The position numbers and the translations under genes were made by a program. DNA of 64,000 bases from a virus, in the IMG/VR virus record IMGVR_UViG_3300035117_000094, positions 1 to 64,000 of that record. One strand, given 5' to 3'. Positions 34,981 to 44,828 of this stretch are shown one piece after another; the stretch's first letter is position 1, and each line of letters begins with the position of its first letter. The notes beneath the pieces were generated by a model. That model was given only the letters and a program-made list of their open reading frames with translations. It searched no databases and was not told the DNA's origin.

Positions 34981-37161
34981 TCATGAGCTGTCCTGCCATG
35001 ACCGGAACACAGGGTCCGTGTCCACGCCGATCTCAACCCTGAACCCGGGGGACGACAGCACGGACGTGGTCATGCACTTGCGCAGGTACGCGGTGGCCGC
35101 CTCGCCCTGGCCGCGCGGGACGAACCCGATGAGCTGATCGTGGACGGGCAGGACCGGGACGCGGCCCCACGGGCCGTCCATCCACTCCAGCATCCCGTCC
35201 ACCAGCAGCTCGCGGGCCGTCCCCTGGATCGCGCCGTTGCCCGCCGCGTGAGCGCCCCTCGTCACGTAGATGTTCCGGCCCGAGTAGGCCCTGTACACCA
35301 GCCGGCGGCGGCCCTCGACCGGGGAGCTGTAGTTGGTGCCGGTGACGTAGTCGCGCCACGCCAGGGAACCCTCGTCGTAGCAGTCGCGGAGCCACTTGTC
35401 CCAGCCGACGTAGACAGGGGCGATGTCGTCGAACGCCCCCCAGACGCGGCGCATGTCAGACACGTCGCAGTAAACCTGCCCGGCCGCCGTCTCCGGGCCG
35501 CCGCCGAACAGCCGGCAGAAGACGCCCCTCTTGCACCAGTAACGGTGCTCCTTGACGGCCTCCTTGCCGAAGGCGAAGTGAGCGGCCATCCAGTGCAGGC
35601 CCTTGTGATCCTTGCCGCAGTCGCACGGGTCGTGCCCGCACGCCCAGCACCGGGTGCTCACCTCGGCCTCCAGGAGGGCCTTGTCGCCGGCCAGGGCAGC
35701 GGCCACCCGGATCTCGCAGCCCTGGAAGTCGCCGCCGATGCCCTCGGTTTCCTCGTCGGCGCGCACGCACGCCCGGACGCCGCCCTGCCGGGAGAACTGC
35801 TGGCCGTTGGGGCGGCGGCAGGAGGTGCGCCCGGTGACCGCCTCGATCGTGTAGACCGTTGGCCGCATGCGCCCGTCGCCGTTAGCGCACAGGGCCTTCA
35901 GCGGCCGGAGCAGCAGCCCGAGGGTCGTGACGCAGTGACGGTACTCCAGCACGGCCCGGGCGATGGCGCCGATGATGTCCTTGCGCCTGGTCAGCGGCTC
36001 CAGGGCCTTCTTGGCAGCCGAGGGATCGCCGGTCACGGCGGACGGCGGCAGCTCCACGGACGGGTCCAGCGCCGTCAGGCACGCGGCCACGCCGGGGGCG
36101 GACGGGTTGACGATCACGCCGCCCGTCAGGGTCTCCGCCTGGAACTGCGCGACCGCCCGCTTCGCCTCGAACTCGGCGATCTTCACGTCGATGTGCGCCT
36201 CGTCCAGCGCGAAGCCGTCCAGCGCCACCCGGGCGCAGCCCATCTGGAACCTGGTCTCCCGGGCGAGTACCTCCTCGCTGACCGGGACCTGCGGCTCCAG
36301 CACCCGGACGACGGCGCCCAGGTCCAGCACGTCGGAGCCGGCGTACCGGATCATGGTCACGGCATCCTTGCGGACCATGTTCCAGCCGTTGCGCTCCGGG
36401 GGCGTGGCGCTGTTCGCCTGGACGAGGCAGCCCATCGCGGCGAACAGCGCGTTCTTGGCCTTCTCGGCGCGGCTGCTGACCGCGTGCTCGCCGAGCAGGT
36501 CCCGCGCCAGGTCCTTCAGCCCGTCAGCCTCGGACCCGGACAGCTTAGGGTCGATCAGCTTGGCGTACAGGACGCCGTCGCGCATCTTGCCCCAGAACTC
36601 CTCCCACCCGATGAGGCCGGCCAGGACGCTGTTCACGGCCTCGACGACGGCGGAGTAAGCGTGCAGCCGGGTCGCGCTGCGCAGCGCCCACGCGGCGATG
36701 CCGAGCTGGACGGGGTCGGCGGCGTCGAGGACCACGGCCAGGTGCTCGCCGCCGAGCTGGATGGTGCGCAGCTCGTACAGCTCGTGGCCCAGGTCGTAGC
36801 CGGAGTTCTCCACGTCCGCCGACAGGGCGCCCAGGCACGGGGTGATGACGGCGGCGAAGTCCTCCAGCGGGAGGTGCGAGACCGTGCCGTCGCGGAGCAC
36901 GATCGCGGGCAGCTCGACGTGGCCGCCCTCCGCCTCCGCGATCCTCGCCAGCCGGGCTTCCTCCCTCTCCCTCGCCTTGCGGAGGCCGCGCTCCAGCTTC
37001 GCCCTCTCGCGCTCTATCGCGCGGGCGGCTGCGCGCGCTGCCTTCTCCGCTTCCGTGAGCCTGCCGGAGCGGCGCGGCGGGGCCTGCTCCAGCGCCATCG
37101 GCGCGCTGCCGTCGAGGTTCGCGATGGCGTCCTCCCTGGCTATGAGGGCTTCGGTGTCCAT
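34981..37161 (-). CDS. Family A DNA polymerase with 3'-5' exonuclease
   Basis: ADVE, YAGSD, TGRTS..PNGQQ, motif A DFQGCEIR, motif B R..K..F..FG, motif C VHDQ; start placed at the ATG after the promoter (ORF is open to 37242). Confidence 0.92.
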   Translation of the reverse strand: MDTEALIAREDAIANLDGSAPMALEQAPPRRSGRLTEAEKAARAAARAIERERAKLERGLRKAREREEARLARIAEAEGGHVELPAIVLRDGTVSHLPLEDFAAVITPCLGALSADVENSGYDLGHELYELRTIQLGGEHLAVVLDAADPVQLGIAAWALRSATRLHAYSAVVEAVNSVLAGLIGWEEFWGKMRDGVLYAKLIDPKLSGSEADGLKDLARDLLGEHAVSSRAEKAKNALFAAMGCLVQANSATPPERNGWNMVRKDAVTMIRYAGSDVLDLGAVVRVLEPQVPVSEEVLARETRFQMGCARVALDGFALDEAHIDVKIAEFEAKRAVAQFQAETLTGGVIVNPSAPGVAACLTALDPSVELPPSAVTGDPSAAKKALEPLTRRKDIIGAIARAVLEYRHCVTTLGLLLRPLKALCANGDGRMRPTVYTIEAVTGRTSCRRPNGQQFSRQGGVRACVRADEETEGIGGDFQGCEIRVAAALAGDKALLEAEVSTRCWACGHDPCDCGKDHKGLHWMAAHFAFGKEAVKEHRYWCKRGVFCRLFGGGPETAAGQVYCDVSDMRRVWGAFDDIAPVYVGWDKWLRDCYDEGSLAWRDYVTGTNYSSPVEGRRRLVYRAYSGRNIYVTRGAHAAGNGAIQGTARELLVDGMLEWMDGPWGRVPVLPVHDQLIGFVPRGQGEAATAYLRKCMTTSVLSSPGFRVEIGVDTDPVFRSWQDSS

Positions 37162-37173
37162 AGTGCCCAGGCT

Positions 37174-37199
37174 AACGCCAGCCGGGAGGCCCGTGTTCC
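37174..37199 (-). promoter_or_regulatory. ECF-type promoter GGAAC-N18-GTT (polymerase)
   Basis: Exact spacing; overlaps a TAGCCT -10 seven nt before ATG. Confidence 0.7.
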
Positions 37200-37214
37200 C
37201 GCCCTGTCCCGGTG

Positions 37215-37373
37215 TAAGTAAGTGTGAGTGTGAGACGGGCACCCTTAGCTCCCTAAGAGCGCTACCCCCAACACACAGGACCCCCCCTAGTGCTACCCCC
37301 TCAGCCTCGTAAGGCCGATACCCCTCTTATACTTACACTTACTTAATAAATAAATAAATAAATATATATATAA
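37215..37373. other. Putative replication origin
   Basis: 20-bp inverted repeat (37215-37234/37326-37345), G(C/A)TACCCC repeats, 31-nt pure A/T tract, between divergent polymerase and primase-helicase genes. Confidence 0.7.
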
Positions 37374-37435
37374 GGAGGTCAGGAACTATACGACAATGCT
37401 CGACCATGTCATTTAGGTCAAACCGGACTCAAGTG

Positions 37436-37461
37436 AGCGGCTTACATGATGCCTGTATTCC
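37436..37461 (-). promoter_or_regulatory. ECF-type promoter variant GGAAT-N18-GCT
   Basis: Points into the A/T tract. Confidence 0.5.
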
Positions 37462-37527
37462 CGACTGGTTTACTAGGGAATTTTCCAGGTAGGTCCCGCG
37501 TAGGCTGGCGACCCGCTTACTTGCCCT

Positions 37528-37553
37528 GGAATGCAACCCGGGGCACTCGCGTT
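37528..37553 (+). promoter_or_regulatory. ECF-type promoter GGAAT-N18-GTT
   Basis: Upstream of primase. Confidence 0.85.
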
Positions 37554-37606
37554 ACCCCTCCCGCCCGCTTACCATGAGGCTTGTGCCCAGCCCAGGAGGA
37601 ACGCCC

Positions 37607-40165
37607 GTGACCAGTGCCGAGGATTACCCCGGCCAGCTAGCGCAGATGCAGCCCCTGTACCCCCGGCTCGCCGCTGACCTGACGGCGGCCGGCTGGCAGG
37701 TGGTCTGGGCCACGCAGAACAGGCAGGGCGACTGGACGCCCCTGAGCGGTACCACGGGCGGGAAGTCCGAGTTCCCCGCTCACCGGGACATGCCGCCCGG
37801 CCCGGTGCGCATCGCCTTCCGGCCGCCGCCCGGCGTGAAGGCCCTCGACGTGGACCACTACGGCGAGAAGCTGGGCTGGCACACGATCGAGCGGGCCGAG
37901 GAAGCGCTCGGCGTGCTGCCCGCCACGTGGAAGGTCAGCGCCCGGGGGGCGCAGGACCCCAGCGGCCGGTACCTGTTCCGCTACGACGGGCCGGACTTCA
38001 GGGACTCGGCGCTCGCCGCCTTCGCCGACCCGGACACCGGGGCCACGTGCGTCGAGGTGGTGCGCACCAGTCACCGGTTCTCGTGGGCGCCCGGCGACGT
38101 GAACCCCAAGACGATGACCGTCGTCCAGTGCTACGGCCCGGACGGGAAGCCGTGCCCGCTGCCCTCCGTCGCTGACCTCCCCCTGCTGCCGCCCGAGTGG
38201 CACGCCTACCTCGCCGACCCGCCGAGGGTCGCCGTCCCCCAGCTCCTGCCCGTCGCCACTGAGGTCCCCCGGTGGTGGGAGGCCATCCCGGACCACGTCA
38301 TCGGGACGCGGGAGAAGCTGGCCTCGCTGGCGTTCGAGATGACGCTCGCCGGGTGCCAGCCGGAGGAGGTCCAGGGGGAGCTGCGCCGGGTATCGGTCGC
38401 CCTGGACCTGTCCCGCCCGTGGGGCGCCGCTGACCTGGCCGGGCTTACCGACGCCAACACGCAGGGCAAGGTCGCCCGGATCCGGGGGGCGTGGGCGGAG
38501 GAGCGCGCCGTCATCGCGTCCGTGCTGCCGGGCGGGGAGGAGCGGCTGGAGCAGGCCGTCGCGGACGCGAGGCGCGAGCACGAGCGCGCCGTGGAGCTGG
38601 CCGCGTCCCCCAACCGGGCGCTCGCGCTGACCCAGGGGCTTCTCCCGGCCGCGCCGGGCGCGGGGGACATCCCGGAGGGCGCCTACGCCACGGGGGCATT
38701 CCGCGTCGAGGACGTGCTCAAGACGGTCATCGCCGGCGATCACGAGTTCGAGGCGGACGGCAGCGATGACCAGACGCTCGCCGAGGCCATCCTGGACCGC
38801 ATGCAGGGCGCCCGGTACTGCGCGGACTCCGGCCAGTGGGTGGTCTGGGGAGCGGAGAAGTGGGCGGAGATGCCCGGGGACCTGCTGGCGTGGGTGATCG
38901 CGCACCTCGCCCGGAACATGCCGTACGGCAACCCCAAGCCGGACGAGGACGACCCCGAGGGGCCACGGCTGAAGCGCCAGTCCCGCAACCGGTCGTACCT
39001 GCGGTCGGCGGCCGGGGCGGGGGCGGTGGCCCGCAAGGCCCAGGCGCTGCTGATGATGCCCGGCCAGCACCCCATCGCGATCAACCGCACGGACATCGAC
39101 GCCCGGCCCCTCGTCATCTGGGGCGGCGGCCGGTGCTGGGACATCAGGGCCTCCGTGCACGGGCTGGCCGAGGACCGGGACGCCATCGGGGAGCCGCACC
39201 TGATGACCGCCGCGTGCGCCCCGGCCGAGGCGGACGTCCCGGGCTTCCGCGCGCTGTGCGCCGCCATCCTGCCGGACGTGGCCAGCCGGGAGTTCTGGCT
39301 GGACATGATGGCCCGGGGGATGCTCGGGTACCAGACCAAGCGCACGATCCCGCTGGCTGTCGGGGGCACGGGCGCGGGGAAGACGCTGCTCCTGGAGCGC
39401 CTGCCGTTCGGCACTTACCTCGTCCCGGTGTCCGGCCAGGACCTGCTCGGCGGCGGCGACAAGGAGGAGGCCCGCAGGCTGCACGTCCTCGTCGGCCGCC
39501 GCCTCCCCTACATCGACGAGGGCATCGGCGGCGGGAAGTACACGATGAGCCGGCTGAAGAAGATAACCTCGGGGGGCACGCGGCTCCCGGCGCGCGGCAT
39601 CTTCGGCAAGGAGTACGAGTTCGAGCCGGTGCACACGCTGCTGATCCTGGTCAACCCCGAGGAGGAGCCGCCGTACACCGACGACGCCGTGGCCTCCCGG
39701 ATCTGCCGCGTCCACTTTAACGGCGACAAGGAGGCGGTCAAGGAGGTCGCGCGCTTCTACGAGCCGGGCAGCCCGATGTGGGAGGCCGAGACTCCCGGCG
39801 TGCTGGCGTTCTTCATCCGGCGCGCCGCGCAGATCCTTCACGAGAAGTCGGACCGGGGCACCAGCTTCGCCAAGCCCGAGTCGGTGCGGGCCGAGCAGGA
39901 CGGCGTCGCCGGCGAGCAGGACATCGTGCTGGACTGGCTGACCAAGTGCACGGAGCCTGCTGCCGCCGAGGCCGCGTACACCGACGCGGGCACCCTCTAC
40001 GATCACTTCCTCGCCTGGTCGGCCCGGCGCCGGGAGTCAATCCCGGGCAAGATATCGTTCGGCCTGAAGCTGACGAGGCACGGCGTCCCGGTCATCAGGC
40101 CGGGCGGGCGCAACCTGCGCGGCATTACCGTCAGGCAGGCGTGGGCGGGCATAGTCACGCAGTAG
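37607..40165 (+). CDS. Prim-pol primase fused to D5-like SF3 helicase
   Basis: LDVD primase motif; Walker A GGTGAGKT, YIDE, LKKITSGG; AGGAGG SD before GTG. Confidence 0.9.
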   Translation: MTSAEDYPGQLAQMQPLYPRLAADLTAAGWQVVWATQNRQGDWTPLSGTTGGKSEFPAHRDMPPGPVRIAFRPPPGVKALDVDHYGEKLGWHTIERAEEALGVLPATWKVSARGAQDPSGRYLFRYDGPDFRDSALAAFADPDTGATCVEVVRTSHRFSWAPGDVNPKTMTVVQCYGPDGKPCPLPSVADLPLLPPEWHAYLADPPRVAVPQLLPVATEVPRWWEAIPDHVIGTREKLASLAFEMTLAGCQPEEVQGELRRVSVALDLSRPWGAADLAGLTDANTQGKVARIRGAWAEERAVIASVLPGGEERLEQAVADARREHERAVELAASPNRALALTQGLLPAAPGAGDIPEGAYATGAFRVEDVLKTVIAGDHEFEADGSDDQTLAEAILDRMQGARYCADSGQWVVWGAEKWAEMPGDLLAWVIAHLARNMPYGNPKPDEDDPEGPRLKRQSRNRSYLRSAAGAGAVARKAQALLMMPGQHPIAINRTDIDARPLVIWGGGRCWDIRASVHGLAEDRDAIGEPHLMTAACAPAEADVPGFRALCAAILPDVASREFWLDMMARGMLGYQTKRTIPLAVGGTGAGKTLLLERLPFGTYLVPVSGQDLLGGGDKEEARRLHVLVGRRLPYIDEGIGGGKYTMSRLKKITSGGTRLPARGIFGKEYEFEPVHTLLILVNPEEEPPYTDDAVASRICRVHFNGDKEAVKEVARFYEPGSPMWEAETPGVLAFFIRRAAQILHEKSDRGTSFAKPESVRAEQDGVAGEQDIVLDWLTKCTEPAAAEAAYTDAGTLYDHFLAWSARRRESIPGKISFGLKLTRHGVPVIRPGGRNLRGITVRQAWAGIVTQ

Positions 40166-40168
40166 CCG

Positions 40169-40194
40169 GGAATACTGGCGGCCACCCGGGCGCT
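40169..40194 (+). promoter_or_regulatory. ECF-type promoter variant GGAAT-N18-GCT
   Basis: Intergenic. Confidence 0.7.
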
Positions 40195-40256
40195 GTACGA
40201 GGCGCACGGCACGACGAGGTAACGGTAACTGCACGATGAGACACTCAGGAGGAGCC

Positions 40257-40967
40257 ATGCCTAAAGACCGCACTGCCCCCGTGACCCAGCCGGACGGCGA
40301 CGAGGAGCACCCCGCGTTCGGCGTCATCGGGGTCCACCGGGTCCATTCCACGCCGGGCGAGGTGCTGTTCCAGTCTGACCTGCGCCACCAGGAGTACATC
40401 GTGCTGCGGGTCAGCGAGGCCAGCCGCAAGCGGGACCTGAAGCGCGACTGGGTGCACCCCGGGCGCCGGGTCTGCGAGGTCAGCATGTCGCTGGCGCAGT
40501 TCGCCGCGTTCGTGTCCAGCGGCGGCACCGAGGGCGTCCCGTGCACCATCGAGTTCGCGGGGAGCGGCTCGCGCGAGCCGGGCCAGCGGCCGGGCCTGCT
40601 CCCCGCCTCCCGGCTATCGGTCACTAACGCCGAGGTGCGCGATGCGGCGCACAAGGCGTACGAGGGCATCCAGGAGGCGCTGGCGGAGTACGAGCAGGCG
40701 CTCGCGGACCCCCAGTGCCGGGCCGCCGCCCGCCGCTCGGCGCTGGCCACGCTCCGGAACCGGGTGGGCAACGCGGCGGGCAACGTGGAGTTCGCGGCCC
40801 AGGCCCTGGACGAGCATGCCGAGAACGTGGTGGCAACGTCCCGCGCCGACATCGAGGCCATGGCCGCGCAGGCGGCGCAGCGCCTCGGCCTCCCGTCAGC
40901 TGCCCCGCTGGCCATCAGCGGCGCCCCCCGGGCCATCGCGAGCGGGGACGAGTCCGGTGGACGGTAA
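40257..40967 (+). CDS. Conserved phage protein (HPAFG..LFQS..EVSMS.AQFA..GVPCT)
   Basis: AGGAGG SD; recognisable phage family. Confidence 0.8.
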   Translation: MPKDRTAPVTQPDGDEEHPAFGVIGVHRVHSTPGEVLFQSDLRHQEYIVLRVSEASRKRDLKRDWVHPGRRVCEVSMSLAQFAAFVSSGGTEGVPCTIEFAGSGSREPGQRPGLLPASRLSVTNAEVRDAAHKAYEGIQEALAEYEQALADPQCRAAARRSALATLRNRVGNAAGNVEFAAQALDEHAENVVATSRADIEAMAAQAAQRLGLPSAAPLAISGAPRAIASGDESGGR

Positions 40968-41181
40968 GTGCGCGTGCCGGGAGTACCTGTACGTGATCAG
41001 CGGCGAGGCAGGGCAGCGTATCCTGTTCAGGGACCTGGGCAGCGCAGCCGCTGACGGCGTGCTCATCCGCCCGAAGAAGGACGGCGGCTACCTCGCGGTG
41101 CTGACCTCGGCCCAGGTGATCGCGCTGCTGAAACGGCAGGACGAGTCAGCGGCGCATCACCGGGAGCGGCTGTCCATCTAG
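40957..41181 (+). CDS. Hypothetical protein
   Basis: Packed ORF. Confidence 0.55.
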   Translation: MDGKCACREYLYVISGEAGQRILFRDLGSAAADGVLIRPKKDGGYLAVLTSAQVIALLKRQDESAAHHRERLSI

Positions 41182-41184
41182 CCG

Positions 41185-41210
41185 GGAATACCAGCGACCG
41201 TTAGCGCGTT
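41185..41210 (+). promoter_or_regulatory. ECF-type promoter GGAAT-N18-GTT
   Basis: Exact, intergenic. Confidence 0.85.
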
Positions 41211-41242
41211 ACCGGCCGCGTACCGACGAGACAGGAGACCTC

Positions 41243-41995
41243 ATGACCTCACAGCACCCTCCGGCCCGCGCCGTGCAGCGCGTCATCGACCGCGACCTCC
41301 TCAGCGAGTGGGGCGTCCCTTTCGCCCTGCCCGCAGCGTCCCTGCCCGGCCCCGGTGTCCCTGACCCGGAACCTGGCAAGGCCGTGGCCCTGCACCGCTG
41401 GACCGCGAGCGTCCCGCCGGACCCTGCGGCGCCGTCACTGCACGGGCTGGTGTTCCGGGCGCCGGACGACGGGCACGCGTGGCGCGTCAGCTACGTGAAG
41501 TCGCGTCCCCTGCGCCCGGCCGTGGACCCGTGGCAGGACGCCGTCTTCGTGACCGCCACCATGGTCGAGCCGGTCTTCGGCGTGGTGGAGTGGAAGGCCG
41601 TGCCCGTGCCGCCGCTGCCCGGCGAGGGCAGCCCGGACCCCGCCCCTTCGCAGGCCAAGCCTGAGCCTGTCCCGCCGGCGGCCCGCTGGACGGACTGGCG
41701 CGGGCAGGAGTACGGCGTAGGCGATACGATCCTGTATCCCTGCGGGCAGGGCAGCTCCAGCGCGTATACCCGCGAGGGCGTCATCCTCGGCATGTTCCAC
41801 GTCGCGAGGGACGAGCACTACAGGTGGAAGCCGGTCACCGAGGAGGAGGCGGCCGGACTGGACCGGTGGAGCAAGCAGGCCCGGCTCATCGTGCAGGTGA
41901 CCGGGGACCAGACGGGACTGCGCGACGAGCAGCGCGGCAAGGCCGTCACCCTGCTGAAGCGCGAGCACGTGGTGCTGATCGCGAGGGCGTCATGA
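41243..41995 (+). CDS. Hypothetical two-domain protein
   Basis: AGGAG SD. Confidence 0.7.
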   Translation: MTSQHPPARAVQRVIDRDLLSEWGVPFALPAASLPGPGVPDPEPGKAVALHRWTASVPPDPAAPSLHGLVFRAPDDGHAWRVSYVKSRPLRPAVDPWQDAVFVTATMVEPVFGVVEWKAVPVPPLPGEGSPDPAPSQAKPEPVPPAARWTDWRGQEYGVGDTILYPCGQGSSSAYTREGVILGMFHVARDEHYRWKPVTEEEAAGLDRWSKQARLIVQVTGDQTGLRDEQRGKAVTLLKREHVVLIARAS

Positions 41996-42192
41996 GCACA
42001 GGGTGCAGTCACCCGGGCCGGCTGTGCCCGGCCAACGACCCCAACCACTGCCACTGCCCGTGCGAGGGCTGCACGGTAGCCGTGGTAGGGGCGCAGGTTA
42101 AGCGCTCGAAGAAGGCCGCCAGGGGGCGCAAGGGGCAGGCCCCCGTGTTCGCCGAGGACGAGGTCATCAAGGTCCGCTGGTGGCAGCGATGA
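41992..42192 (+). CDS. Cys/His-rich small protein
   Basis: ATGA overlap. Confidence 0.55.
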   Translation: MSTGCSHPGRLCPANDPNHCHCPCEGCTVAVVGAQVKRSKKAARGRKGQAPVFAEDEVIKVRWWQR

Positions 42193-42695
42193 CGGGACAG
42201 CAGCCTGAGAAGGGCAAGGACCCGGCCCTGAGCCTGGCCGCAGTGGCGGCGCGGGCGTTCGCGTACGCCCTGAACGACCTGCCGGGCGAGGTGTACGCGG
42301 AGATCCGCCGGCTGCGGCGCGAGGACCTGGCCCGGGTGGCGAAGGCCGCGTCGCTGCTGAGGCAGGCGGCGCAGGCCGAGCTGGACGCCCGGCCCGAGGT
42401 GACTCCGCTCCTGGTCCAGGTGGCGGACGGCTCCCCGGACGGGAACGTCTACGTCATCGCGCCTACCCTGCGCAGGTTCGGTGACTGGTGCCGCCGTCAC
42501 GGGATCCGGCCGCAGTCCCCCCGGGTGACCTTCGTCCGGGGGCTTGACGGCCTCACGGCGCTGGAGGGCACCGGGGGCGCGTGGTACGCGTTCCTCGGCA
42601 TCCCGGCCGGGCTGGGCTATGACGAGCACCAGGCGTTCTCACGGCGGCTGAGGGCGCTCCAGGAGAACCCCTGGTTCCGCAACGCGGAAGGATAG
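42189..42695 (+). CDS. Hypothetical protein
   Basis: ATGA overlap. Confidence 0.6.
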   Translation: MTGQQPEKGKDPALSLAAVAARAFAYALNDLPGEVYAEIRRLRREDLARVAKAASLLRQAAQAELDARPEVTPLLVQVADGSPDGNVYVIAPTLRRFGDWCRRHGIRPQSPRVTFVRGLDGLTALEGTGGAWYAFLGIPAGLGYDEHQAFSRRLRALQENPWFRNAEG

Positions 42696-42704
42696 GAGGC
42701 AGGC

Positions 42705-43562
42705 GTGGCTACGGGCAGGCACGGCATACCGGAGTTCAGGGACCTGGCGGAGGCGAACACGATCCTGCGGGTGCAGGTAGGCTCGGGCGTCCACGGCATA
42801 GCGATCGAGGGCACCGATGACCGCGACGAGATGGGCGTGTGCGTCGAGCCGCAGGACTACGTCTTCGGGCTGCTGCCCCTGGGCGTCCCCGAGCGGTTCG
42901 AGCAGTACGAGCACCACACCGCGTGGGAGCGGGAGGGCGGCCTGAAGAACCGGTCCGGCCCCGGCGACCTGGACGTCACCGTCTACTCGCTGCGCAAGTT
43001 CCTCCGGCTGGCGCTCAACGGCAACCCGGCGATCATCGGCACGTTCTTCACCCCGCCCCGGGAAATCATCTCATGCAACGGCCTCGGGCTGCGGCTCCTG
43101 GAGCTGGCCCCGCTGATCGTCAGCAAGGAGGCCGGACCGAAGTACCTCGGCTACCTGAAGGCCCAGCGCCGGTCGATGGAGTCCGGCAACGGCAAGGGCC
43201 GCGACGTGACCCGCAAGGAGCTGGTCGGGCGGTACGGCTTCGACACCAAGTTCGCCGGGCACATGATCAGGCTGGGCCTCCAGGGCGCTGAGCTGCTGGA
43301 GACGGGCCGGATCACGCTGCCGATGAGGGCGCACGAGCGGGGCATCGTCCGGTCCGTGCGCACGGGGGCCTTCACGATGCAGGCTTGCCTGGACTTCGCC
43401 GGGGACCTGGAGGCGCGCGTCCGGCGCGCGATGGAGGCCAGCGCCCTGCCTGAGCACCCTGACCGGGAGGCCGTGAACAGGTGGCTCGTGCAGGCGTACC
43501 TGGAGCACTGGGGACTGGCCCCGGACAGCGACCCCGGGGCCATGATGAGGTCGTGGGAATAG
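42705..43562 (+). CDS. Pol-beta superfamily nucleotidyltransferase (RlaP/YcgL-like)
   Basis: GSGVHG..DDRDEMG (GS..DxD), third Asp in DLDVT, NGNP, FDTKFA.H..RL. Confidence 0.85.
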   Translation: MATGRHGIPEFRDLAEANTILRVQVGSGVHGIAIEGTDDRDEMGVCVEPQDYVFGLLPLGVPERFEQYEHHTAWEREGGLKNRSGPGDLDVTVYSLRKFLRLALNGNPAIIGTFFTPPREIISCNGLGLRLLELAPLIVSKEAGPKYLGYLKAQRRSMESGNGKGRDVTRKELVGRYGFDTKFAGHMIRLGLQGAELLETGRITLPMRAHERGIVRSVRTGAFTMQACLDFAGDLEARVRRAMEASALPEHPDREAVNRWLVQAYLEHWGLAPDSDPGAMMRSWE

Positions 43563-43601
43563 CGTCCGGGGTACTTGCGGGAGGGGGGTAGAGTGGGCGT
43601 C

Positions 43602-44060
43602 ATGACAGAGACCCCGCTCACTCCCCTCCCGCTTACCGCCGAGCAGATCGACGTTATCCAGTCGCTGTTCCCGCAGGCGTTCCTCATCGCGCCGATGCCC
43701 GCCGTCAAGGCCCCGGCGCGCGTGGTGGTCAAGCCCGCGCCGGACTCCCGGCTGGAGGGGCTGCTCACCCTGTTCAAGTCGCGCCAGGAGGCGTCGGCGG
43801 CGGCCGAGACGGCGTTCAAGGACCTGAAGAGGGCCATCCTCGCCGAGCTGGAGGCGCTGTACCCGGAGGCCGCCCGGCCCACCGAGGCGTACGAGGTTCC
43901 CGCCACCGCGCTGTACCCGCAGCTCACCTTTCAGTACAAGGAGGTCCCGTACCTCCCGGCGCCGAGGATCCGCGAGTTCCTGCCCGCCGTCTACGACGCG
44001 TTCCACGGCGTGAAGCGGTACTGGGAGCTGCGCGAGACGGGCAAGGGCGGCAAGCGGTGA
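43602..44060 (+). CDS. Hypothetical protein (probably leaderless)
   Basis: TAGAGT seven nt before ATG. Confidence 0.65.
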   Translation: MTETPLTPLPLTAEQIDVIQSLFPQAFLIAPMPAVKAPARVVVKPAPDSRLEGLLTLFKSRQEASAAAETAFKDLKRAILAELEALYPEAARPTEAYEVPATALYPQLTFQYKEVPYLPAPRIREFLPAVYDAFHGVKRYWELRETGKGGKR

Positions 44061-44509
44061 GCACGGGCTACGCGGATTACGCCAGCGCGCTCCCGTGGCG
44101 CGAGGCGGTGACGCGCGCCCTGGAATCCCGCAGGGCAGGCGTGCTCATGGAGGTCAGCGGGGACTTCCTTCGCGATAGCATCGCCGTGGAGACGTCGCTG
44201 GACCACTTCGCCGACACGCTGCTCGTCAGGCTGTCGGCGCTCGTCCTGGCCGACCAGGTCGTGAGCGAGCGCGACGAGGTGACCGTGGAAGTCCCGGCTG
44301 ACTGGTGGCAGCACCTGAAGCGCGACCACGCGGCTCGCTGGTGGATGCGCTGGCTGGTGGCGAGGCACCCGGTGCGGACAGTGACGCTGCGGAACCTGGT
44401 GTCGTTCGACCAGTACCGGATGTACCCCGGGGCCGACGTCGTCCTCCCGAAGCTGCCGTACGGCACGCACCGGGTCCGTGAAGTGCTCGCGCAGGGAGGC
44501 TGGACGTGA
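44057..44509 (+). CDS. Hypothetical protein
   Basis: GTGA overlap. Confidence 0.65.
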   Translation: MSTGYADYASALPWREAVTRALESRRAGVLMEVSGDFLRDSIAVETSLDHFADTLLVRLSALVLADQVVSERDEVTVEVPADWWQHLKRDHAARWWMRWLVARHPVRTVTLRNLVSFDQYRMYPGADVVLPKLPYGTHRVREVLAQGGWT

Positions 44510-44826
44510 GTATCTTCCGCAGGCACCCGCGACCGCCGGCTAAGTTCCAGGAGGACGGCCGGGCCGAGCTGGAGCGCCTCGTGCTCGAATGCCTGAAGGT
44601 GAGCCTCGTGCAGCAGGTAACCTGGGCGCGCAGGGCCACCGCGCGGAATTCCCGGGATAACTGCTACGAGTGGTTCATGCACCCGGAGTGGGACCTGTGG
44701 TGCCGCAGGCTGGCCGACGACATGCGCATCCCCGGGGACGTCCCCGCCATGTCGCCCGCCGCGTACGCGCTGTTCGGCTACCCGGTGCACGCGGGTCCTT
44801 CCTACAGCGCACCGGAGCTGAGGTAG
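44506..44826 (+). CDS. Hypothetical protein
   Basis: GTGA overlap. Confidence 0.6.
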   Translation: MSIFRRHPRPPAKFQEDGRAELERLVLECLKVSLVQQVTWARRATARNSRDNCYEWFMHPEWDLWCRRLADDMRIPGDVPAMSPAAYALFGYPVHAGPSYSAPELR

Positions 44827-44828
44827 CC

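Noticed and set aside
25642-40006. Long antisense ORFs (25642-27759, 27849-29201, 35140-37221, 37637-40006; also 49179-50627 and 61187-62785)
   Set aside because: Shadow frames of high-GC genes on the opposite strand; no motifs or SD
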